Part shown: positions 40,946 to 50,300 of the stretch, piece after piece
Numbering within the stretch: position 1 is the first letter of the stretch
How the letters are laid out: each line of letters starts with the position of its first letter
Source: Dehalococcoidia bacterium
GTDB lineage: Bacteria > Chloroflexota > Dehalococcoidia > UBA2979
Direction of reading: 5' to 3'
Assembly (NCBI GenBank): GCA_965219085.1
Contig: OZ244720.1
Span: 544,001 to 608,000 of the forward strand
DNA: 64,000 nt
Notes under the pieces: model-generated
Told to the model about the DNA's origin: nothing
The model's input: the letters and a program-made list of their open reading frames with translations, nothing else
Databases searched by the model: none
Made by a program: the position numbers and the translations under genes

Positions 40946-41045
40946 CAGCAGGGTGCTGAAAAAGTCGTCTGGAACGGTCTCGGCCCGGAATCGACTGCGT
41001 GCGGCTACCGAGAAACCCTTTGTTTTCAAGGGTTTTTCCGAGCGC
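40946..41045. mobile_element. Possible solitary IS end (IS5/IS1182-like)
   Basis: CTAG followed by CAGCAGGGTGCTGAAAAAGTC; AT-rich hairpin AAACCCTT...AAGGGTTT at 41013-41035; no transposase or partner end seen. Confidence 0.4.
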
Positions 41046-41161
41046 CGCAGTGCCGCGAAACGCTTGCGGCGACATCTTCCTGACGCGGTCGGACGAACCG
41101 CGGGTTGTCGAGGGGCGCCGCCGTGCGTGTCTGTGGAGTCCCCGGACCAGCCGTCGAACCT

Positions 41162-41510
41162 CTAGTCGTCTTTCGGCGAGGCGCTCGCCACGATCGAGCC
41201 CGACGGAATCCTCACCGACGTGGGCGCCGTCCCGCTGATCACGTTCCCCGTCTCCGTCACGCTCACCGCGACCACGAGCAGCGCGCCCGTGGTGCCCGTC
41301 CGCGTCACGGTGAAGAGCGCGCTCTGGTCCTCGGTCAGGCTGCTCGCGAGCCGCGCGATCGTCACCGCGTTGGCGATGTCCGGGTTGGTCGCAAGGCCGG
41401 AGAACAGCACCACGCCGTCCGCCTCGGCCAGCGGGGCGGCGCCGAGCATCTCTACGAGAGTGGCGGCGGCGGGCAGCTGGAGGCCTGTGCGCGGAGCCTG
41501 CACGTCGCCC
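41162..41510. pseudogene. Surface-protein gene scraps on both strands
   Basis: Minus strand: FTVTRTG...VAVSVTETG (Calx-beta-like). Plus strand 41451-41506 matches the protease C-terminal repeat DNA at ~51032-51087 (GGGCAGCTGGAGGCCTG...GGAGCCTGCACGTC). Confidence 0.55.
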
Positions 41511-41543
41511 GAGACTGAGGCCGCACTACTTCAATCCATGCGT

Positions 41544-41740
41544 ATTCACGCTATGTTCACAGATAAGAGTGCTAAAGTTCACGCTCCGTGCACTGACACC
41601 AAGCCAACGAGCAGGAAGAATTGCCCCATCCAACCTGTGAGAGCGCAACACGCTCGCGCGAGGGGGCATTGGTGCGTCCGACGGTCGCGAAATCGAACGG
41701 GAACGCGCGGGAGGCAGGCGCAACGGCGCTGAACGAGCGC
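41544..41740 (+). promoter_or_regulatory. Conserved non-coding leader of surface-protein cassettes, copy 1
   Basis: Aligns with 61533-61728 (42 bp identical: 41586-41627 vs 61574-61615) and partly with 52132-52208. Confidence 0.8.
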
Positions 41741-41934
41741 ACTGGTGCCGGCCCGCGGGCCGGGCCTCTCTCTCTCTGTTGCTTCAACCGCCTCGGCCAC
41801 GTCGCCGCACGCCCCTCCGCCGTCTCTCATACGAACCGTCGCCGCCCTCGACGCTCCAGTAGGTGCGCGCTGGCGACCCCGTTGGACGGAGGCCTGGCGA
41901 CGGCCATGCGCAACACACACCAGAAGGGGACACG

Positions 41935-44322
41935 ATGACCCGCACAGCCAGACCCAGGCTCGCCATCCTGTTCGTCGCCCTGGCCGCGCTGCTGGCACTG
42001 CCCCTCTCCGGCCCGGGGGCCCTGGCCCAGGACGGCTCCGTTCCCGATCAGCCCACGGGACTGTCCACCGAAGCGTCCCACGACTCCGTTGCGCTCGCCT
42101 GGGACGACCCCGGCGACACCAGCATCACCCACTACCAGGTATTGCGGCGCGACCGCGACATCCACGCCGCCGGCGAGTTCGTCACCATCAAGGAGAGCAC
42201 CGGCTCGGCGGCAAGGAGCTACACGGACGACACCGCGGAGCCCGAGAGGCGCTACGTGTACCGGGTGAAGGCGGTGAACCAGCACGGGGCCAGCACGTGG
42301 TCGAGCTACAGCAGGGCCAACACTCCGGGGGCTCCACCGCCGGAACTCGAACCCGACACTGACAACGCGCCACACGGTTCGGAGGGCGGTCCCCCTACGG
42401 GTGCGCCTGCGATCAGCGGGACAGCACACGTCGACGAGACGCTGATCGCGGACACCGACGGCATCAGCGATCCCGACGGACTGACCACGCCGAACTTCAC
42501 ATACCAGTGGCAGACCACTCCTCCGTGGACGAGCGCCTTCACCGACATCCCCGATGCGACCGGCCGTCGTCTCAGCTTGAGTGACGACGAATTCGCCAAG
42601 CGGGTGCGGGTGCTGGTGCACTTCACCGATGACGCCAGCAATCCGGAGTCGGTTGCCAGCGAGCCGACCAGGGTCGTCCGCGCGAATGCCGGTTGGGCGG
42701 ATTACGCGGACCCTGTTTCGGTGATCATGACTAGGGACAATTGGAGGCCCGTCGGGAGTGACGGGATCGACATCAACATCACCTTCGGAATCATGGTCGG
42801 AACTTCGGGGGGCATCTATGTCAGGGTGCCAACCACCGAGTTGGCGCTGGACGACATCGTTGTTACCAACGGCACGGCGTCGAATTTGCGTACGATGCAC
42901 AGACTCTACTCACAGTATCGGGTCAGAGTCGCGCCCACGACCGTGGGCGAACCCATCACAGTGCAGGTACCAGCAGACGCCGTCACGTCATATGCCGACG
43001 AGGACAGCAAAGGAAATTCGGCGTCGCGGATCCTCACCATTCGGACTGTCTCCGACACCACGCCGCCGTCGGTACTGAGGATGTACTACGCGGAATCCGA
43101 CTACTCTCCTACGCCTCATCAGGGGCCGTACACGGTGTACATCGACTTCAGCGAGGTCGTGCGGGCGATCAAGCGCGCCGACTTCACCATCACGCCCTCG
43201 ACCACCCGCGTGAGCGTCTATGTCGTGGGAACCAAAGGCGTCGTCTCCGTTACTCCACCGGACGAGCATTACGCCGGTGACATTACGGTCACGCTGAACG
43301 CGCTGACGGTTCGGGACTACGGCGACAACCTGAACCAGGAGTCCCACAGCATTACCCGCACCGTGGCGCCGGATACCGAGAAGCCCGAGGTGGTGCGGGT
43401 ATTCGACTATCTCGGCGATCTCAATTACCGACTTCTCTTCCTGAACAGCGAGCCGACGACTGTGATCAACAGAGATGGGCTCGTGCTGCAGGACGCTCAT
43501 GATGAACAGCATGTCATCCCGGGAGAGCTGCGGAGCCGATACGGGGGACATGACGACGACCTGATGCAATTCGTCCCGTCCTACCAACGGTCCTATCCCG
43601 CCTGCCTGAGGCTGACCATCAAGGCCGGCGCCTTCCGGGATTGGGCGGGCCAGGAGAATGAAGAACAGGTGCTGTTCGTAGACCACAGTAGCGGCGTCAA
43701 TTGTCCGCCACGGCACCGGCCACCGGCTCGCACTTCGCTCATCGGCCTCGACCTGACCGACGGCGCTGCTCTCGTCGGCCTCAACCCAAAGGAGAAACCG
43801 CCCGACGGGAAGCCGACCACCACTCCGGACTCCGGCGTAACCACCCGCTCCGACCTCACCGAATCCGCCCAGGGTGCGGTCTACACCTACCAGGACGGCG
43901 ACCGCACCCTGCGGGTCCGGCTGCAGACCGACCTGGTCGCGCACCGCAGCGCCGACAACACCGCCGACGACATCGTGGTCGCGAGCAACGGCGGCGAGAG
44001 CATCGTGCGGAGGCAGCCCGGGCACGAGCGCACTGACGAGCAGCCGGTCTTCCGCTCCCAATCCGGCGGCGGCTTGATGACGCTGCCCGGCGGCGTGCTG
44101 CTGGTGCTGGACGCCGCCTGGGACGAGGCGCGGGTCGATGACTTCCTCGTCCGGAACAAGATCGCGCAGAGCCGCGTATCGGCGCTGCGATTCGCCCCAA
44201 ACGCCTTCCTCGTGGAGACCGATCCCGGGTTCCCGTCGCTGGACCTGGCGAACGCGCTGGCTGGCCAGGACGGAGTGCTGATCTCCAGCCCCAACTGGCG
44301 CAGAGAAGTCGTTCCCTACTGA
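41935..44322 (+). CDS. Secreted FN3/Ig-like protein with C-terminal putative subtilase chaperone/propeptide-like domain
   Basis: RBS GAAGGGGA, signal peptide ending ALA-QD, FN3 (YQVLRR...YRVKAVN), Ig-like FSE modules, C-terminal PVFRS...MTLPGGVLLVLD...LANALAGQDGVLISSPNW. Confidence 0.85.
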   Translation: MTRTARPRLAILFVALAALLALPLSGPGALAQDGSVPDQPTGLSTEASHDSVALAWDDPGDTSITHYQVLRRDRDIHAAGEFVTIKESTGSAARSYTDDTAEPERRYVYRVKAVNQHGASTWSSYSRANTPGAPPPELEPDTDNAPHGSEGGPPTGAPAISGTAHVDETLIADTDGISDPDGLTTPNFTYQWQTTPPWTSAFTDIPDATGRRLSLSDDEFAKRVRVLVHFTDDASNPESVASEPTRVVRANAGWADYADPVSVIMTRDNWRPVGSDGIDINITFGIMVGTSGGIYVRVPTTELALDDIVVTNGTASNLRTMHRLYSQYRVRVAPTTVGEPITVQVPADAVTSYADEDSKGNSASRILTIRTVSDTTPPSVLRMYYAESDYSPTPHQGPYTVYIDFSEVVRAIKRADFTITPSTTRVSVYVVGTKGVVSVTPPDEHYAGDITVTLNALTVRDYGDNLNQESHSITRTVAPDTEKPEVVRVFDYLGDLNYRLLFLNSEPTTVINRDGLVLQDAHDEQHVIPGELRSRYGGHDDDLMQFVPSYQRSYPACLRLTIKAGAFRDWAGQENEEQVLFVDHSSGVNCPPRHRPPARTSLIGLDLTDGAALVGLNPKEKPPDGKPTTTPDSGVTTRSDLTESAQGAVYTYQDGDRTLRVRLQTDLVAHRSADNTADDIVVASNGGESIVRRQPGHERTDEQPVFRSQSGGGLMTLPGGVLLVLDAAWDEARVDDFLVRNKIAQSRVSALRFAPNAFLVETDPGFPSLDLANALAGQDGVLISSPNWRREVVPY

Positions 44323-47300
44323 GATCACTCGCGCTGGTCGTCGCCTGCGTCCTGCTTGGCGTCGTGGCCGCGCCCGGCCTCGCGCGAGCGCAGGCGCCGC
44401 CGCCCGCCGCCGCCCCGACCATCGACTCGGTCACGCCCGACGAACGCTCGCTGATCGTGCACTGGCTGGCGCCCGCCGGCGTCGACGCGGCGGACATCAG
44501 CGCCTACGACGTGCGCTCCATCGAGAGCGATGCGCCGGACAAGGCCGCCGGCCTCTGGACCGTCGTGTTGGACGCCTGGAGCACGGGCGCGGGCGACCTG
44601 CACTATCTGATCACCGGCCTGACCAACGACACGCAGTACGACGTGCAGGTGCGCGCGGTCACGATGGATGGCGAGGGCTCCTGGTCGGCCACCGTCACCG
44701 GCACACCCGCCGACCACAGCGGCGCGATCGCCGGCGCAACCGCGCTGGCGCTGGACTCCACGGCAACCGGGGTCATCGAGGCGGGCGGCGACAAGGATTT
44801 CTTCAAGATCGTGCTGAGCAGCGCCACCGACCTGTGGCTCTACACGAGCAGCAATCTCAACACCGCGGGCGTACTGTACGGCGCCGACGGCGAAGTCCTC
44901 AGATCCAACATTAATCCCTGGTGGCCGGACTGGTCACAGGACTTCGAGATCCGCAACCGGCTGGGACGGGGAACCTACTATGTCAGCGTCCGCGGTCGAT
45001 GGTCGAGCGTCACTGGGCCGTACACGCTGCATGCGCGAACGGCGATCGCCCCCGGCGGCTCCATCGCCGATGCCACGGACATCACCCTTGGCGCCCCGGC
45101 GGCGGGGCGGATCAACGCGGCGGGCGACCGGGACGTCTTCAAGCTCGTGCTGACCAGCGCCGCCGACCTGTATATCGCCGCCAGCGGCTATGTCGACACG
45201 TTCGGCGAATTGCTCGATGCCAACGGCTACCGCCTCGCCGAAAGTGACGACAGCGGCCTCAGGTTCAACCGACGCAACTTCGCAATCTGGCGCGCGGTGG
45301 AGCCGGGCACCTACTACGTCCGGGTGCGCGGCTGTTGCGACTGGGCGAGGGGGCCGTACACGCTCCACACGGTCGCACTCCCTCCACCCGGCGACTCCAT
45401 CGCCAGCGCCGAACACACTACCCACCGACTGACCCCGGTGCGGCTGGCCGAAGCCGACGACGAGCATTATTTCGCCATCGGGCTCTCCATCGACTTCTAC
45501 GTGAATATCAGCGCCATGGTCACCCATCGCATGCTCTCTCCCAACACGCGCGCCTCGCTTGCGGCGGAGATCCTCGACCAGGATGGCAATCCGGTGGACA
45601 TTAGTCTGATCCCCCACAGCTCCTACATCGCGGCTGGCTTTGGGAGCACAAGTTTTTCGATCTTAGACGAACTCAGCGCCGGCACGCACTACCTCAGAAT
45701 CTGGTCTCCCTCCGGCGAACCCGGAGAGTACCTGCTTCTGCTCTACGGCGACAGCGCGTATACGAAGCAGATTCGCTGGTGCACCGCCAAGGAGACCCCC
45801 ATCAGCGACCCCCTGTCCGGCTGTCAGTGGCACCTACGCAACAGCGGACAGTACCCCGGCGGGGCGGGACAGGACATCAACGTCGAAGACGCCTGGACCA
45901 CCACCAGGGGCGCCGGCGTCAACGTCGCGGTGGTCGACAACGGGATGCACTTCGAGCACGAAGACCTGACGGACAACGTCGACCCAGCCCGCAACCGCAA
46001 CTACTCCTCCTGGAGGCGCAGCATATTCGACCCCTACCACAGCCACGGGACGAACGTGGCCGGCCTGATCGCGGCGCGGGACAACGACATCGGCATGCGC
46101 GGCGTTGCGCCGCGGGCCACGATCTACGGCTACGACATATTTTCGGAAATCACGGACGCCAATATTGCAGACGCCATGTTCAGGATGGGCGAGGGGTCCA
46201 CGCCGGGCGACGAGGACACCGCCGTGTCCAACAACAGCTGGGGACCGCGACACTCCTCCGGCCCGGCCTGGGCGCATGCCTCCTGGGAGACGGCCGTCCA
46301 GAACGGGGTGACGAGCGGCAACCACGGCAAGGGAATCTTCTACGTCTTGGCCGCCGGCAACGGGCATCAGGTTGACGACAACGCCAACCTCAATGAACAC
46401 ACGAACTACTACGCGGTTACCGCCGTCTGTTCGGTCAACTACGACGATGAGCGAAGCAGCTACTCGGAAACGGGCGCGAACCTGTGGATTTGCGCTCCTT
46501 CAAACGGTGCTGGCAGGCGGATCGCGACGACCCATAACGGCCACCTCTACACCACCTCGTTCGGCGGCACGTCCGCGGCCGCTCCCATTGTCTCCGGCGT
46601 CGCCGCGCTGTTGCGCAGCGCAGACGACAGTCTGACCTGGCGGGACCTGAAGCTCATCCTCGCCGCGTCCGCGCGCAAGAACGATGAGATGCACGCCGGC
46701 TGGGCGCAGGGCGCGCTGGAATACGGCTCCGACAGCGAGCGCTACTTCTTCAACCACGAGTACGGCTTTGGCATGGTCGACGCCGGAGCCGCCGTCGCTC
46801 TGGCCGGCGGCTGGACCAAGGTTCCGGCCCTGCGCGAGATCAGCGCGGAATCGGAGGACAAGGATCTGGAGATTCCCGACCGTCCCTCCGGTGGCGCCCC
46901 GATCACGGTTTGCCGCAGTGTGACCGTCGGGAACCATGTGGGATTCACGGAGTTCGTCGAGATCAACACCAGGTTCGACCACGGCACCTTCAGGGATCTG
47001 CAAGTGGAGCTGGTGTCCCCCTCGGGCGCCGTGTCCACGCTGGCCGTCCCCGTTCCGCACTGGGGCATGGCGCTGAGAAGCGTGGCGCTGAGAGATCCCT
47101 ACCGGTTCGGCTCGGCCCGGCACCTCGGCGAGAACGCCGCCGGCGAGTGGACGCTGTGCATCACGGACAGGCGCCCGGGTGGACAGGGAACACTCGAGGC
47201 GTGGAGTCTGACCGTCTACGGACACGGATATACGCCCGGGCGCCCCGAAATCAGTGCGTTAGCCCCGGCCGTCGAGGCGCTCACAGTTGAATGGAGCGCC

Positions 47301-50300
47301 CCCGCCGACATCGGCGGCTCGGCCGTCACCGCCTACGACCTGCGCTACATCGAGAGCAACTCCAACTTCGGGGCCGGCGCCAACTGGACGGTCGTCGAGG
47401 GGGCGTGGACCTCCGGCGCACTGGAATACACCGTCGGCGGCCTGGACTTCAGCGCCAGGCGCGACGTGCAGGTCCGAGCGGTGAACGATGCCGGTCCCAG
47501 CCGCTGGTCCGCCACGGCCGCGGGAGCGCCCGTGAGAAACGAACCGCCCTTTTTCCCGGCGGGGTTGACCACGACTCGGTCCGTGGCCAAGAACACGGGC
47601 GGGAGCACGCCCATCGGCGCGCCGGTCACGGCCACCGACCCCGAGGGCGACACCTTGGTCTATACGCTCTCGGGCCTCGACGCGGACCTGTTCACCATCG
47701 AGAGCCGGAGCGGGCAGATCCGGGTTGCGCCGGACACGACGGTAGGCAACCAGCCGGGGAGGACATACGCCGTTGAGGCGAGCGCCACCGACCCCTATGG
47801 CCTCAAGGACCGCACCTTTGTCATCATCGGCGTCACCGACCAGAACGAGGCGCCGGTCGTGAGCGGGCTCGCCCGCGTGGACTACGCCGAGCAGGGCACG
47901 GCGGACGTGGCGATCTACAGCGCAGAGGATCCAGAGCACGCCACGATCGCCTGGTCGTTGGAGGGGACGGACGGCGGCGACTTCCGCATTAGCGACACCG
48001 GCGTGTTGGGCTTTGAGGAGCCGCCCGACTTCGAGTCCCCGGCGGACTCGGGCGAAGACAACGAGTACCTGGTGCGAGTGCGGGTCTCCGACGGCGTGAA
48101 CGACGACACACTCGACGTGACGGTGACCGTCACGAACGAAGAGGAGGCGGGGACGCTCACGCTGTCCTCGCAGCAGCCGCTGGTGGGCACCTTGCTGACC
48201 GCCACGCTCGACGACCCCGACGGCGACATCACGAGCCTGTCGTGGACATGGGAGCGCTCCCTGAACCGCAGCACCTGGAGCGAGATCACGGGGGCGACGT
48301 CAGCCAGCTACACCCCGCTCGCGGCCGACGACCTCAACCACTACCTGCAGGTCACGGTCGAGTACACCGACGGGCACGGCTCGGGCAAGAGCCTAGCCGC
48401 GGTGACGCACCGCGCGGTGGAGGAGCCGCCGCCGGTCAACTACCCGCCGGTGTTCGCCGACCCGAGCACGACCCGCTCCGTCGCCGAGAACTCCGCCGAG
48501 GGAGCCACGGTCGGCGAGCCGGTCACCGCCACCGACGACAACAACGACACGCTGTCGTACACGCTCACGGGCCGCGACGTGGACACGTTTAGCGTCGACG
48601 ACTCCACGGGGCAGATCCGCGTCAAGCCGGGCGCGGCGCTCGACTACGAAGACCCGAACTCCTTCCCCTACATCGTGACCGTCACCGCCAGCGACCCCTC
48701 CACCACATCCGACAGTATCGAGGTCGAGATCACCGTCGATGACGTGAACGAGGCACCCGAGGCGGTGCGCGACGACGCCACGACCGTCGAGGACATGAAG
48801 TTGACCGTCGACGTCCTGGCCAACGACAACGATCCCGACGCGGGCGATCCCAACGACACCCTGACCGTCTCGGTGAGCACGCCGCCGGACAACGGGGTCG
48901 CCGAGGTCAATGCCGACCGGACCATCACCTACGCGCCCAACGCCGACTTCCACGGCGTCGACACGTTCACCTACCAGGCGACCGACGCCGGGGGCCTCTC
49001 CGGGGAGGCCATGGTCGTCGTGACGGTCGATCCGGTGAACGACGCGCCGGTGTTCGCGGAAGGTTCGGCCGAGCGCGAGGTCTACGCGGGCGCCACGGCG
49101 GACACGGAGGTCGGCGACCCGGTGGAGGCCACCGACCCGGATGGCGACATCCTGGAGTACGCACTCTCGGGCATCGACGCGAGCAGCTTCGTGATCGACT
49201 CGGACACGGGCCAGATCACCATCGGCGCGGACACCGAACTCGACCCCGAGGTCCAGGAGACCTACCTGGTGACGGTAACCGCCTCCGACGGCACGCTCAT
49301 GACGCCGATCGAGGTCACCATCACCGTCACGGAGCGCCCGGCGATCACCACCGGGGGCGGCGGTAGTGGTGGCCCGTCGGGGCCCTCGCCGAGCGAGCTG
49401 GACTTCGAGTGGAACGTGAAGCGCGACCTCGAAGCGCTGGACGGCGGCCACGACACGCCTACCGGCGCCTGGTCGGACGGCACAACCCTCTGGGTACTCG
49501 AGAACGGAGACGGCGCCGGCGACGCCATCTACGCCTACGACCTGAACACGGGCGAACGCCTGGAGGAGCGCGAGTTCGAACTCGACGAGCGCAACCGCGC
49601 GCCGCGCGGCGTCTGGTCCGGCGGCACGGTCATCTGGGTCTCCGACAGCGGCCAGGACCGCCTCTTCGGCCATGACCTCGAGACGGGCGAGCGGCTGCCG
49701 GAGCGCGACCTCGAGCTCGACGAGGACAACGGCGCCGCCCGCGGCATCTGGTCGGATGGCGAGAGGATGTGGGTGCTCGACGGCGGCAAGGACAGCCTCT
49801 TCGCCTACGACCTCGGGAGCGGCGCGCTGGTGGCCGAGTACGCCCTCGACGACGCCAACGGCGACCCTCACGGGATCTGGTCGGACGGGGTGACGATCTG
49901 GGTCTCGGACCACGGCGCGAAGCGGCTCTTCGCCTACCGCCTCGAGGATGGGGAGCTCGTACGCAACAGCGAGGAGGAGTTCACGGAGCTGAGCAAGGCC
50001 TCCAACAACAGCCCGCGCGGCATCTGGTCGGACGGCGAGGTGATCTACGTGGCCGACGAGAGCGACGACAAGGTCTACAGCTACAACATGCCCGACGCGA
50101 TCGACGCGCGCCTCGCCTCGCTGACGCTGAGCGGCATCGAGATCGGGGAGTTCTCGGGGGACCGCACGGAGTACGACGGCGTCGCCGCCGAGGGCGTGAC
50201 GGAGACGACGGTCGAGGCGGAGGCGCTGCAGCGCCGCACGACCGTCCTCATCGAGCCGGCCGACGCCGGCGGCGACGACACGAACGGCCACCAGCTGGCG

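Noticed and set aside
41544-41740. Leader as a known riboswitch, T-box or tRNA
   Set aside because: No consensus motifs of c-di-GMP, c-di-AMP, cobalamin, TPP, SAM or T-box elements recognised, and no cloverleaf; an Rfam search is still needed.
49450-50090. GIWSDG repeats or LRR repeats as a CRISPR array
   Set aside because: In-frame degenerate protein repeats with no unique spacers and no cas genes.
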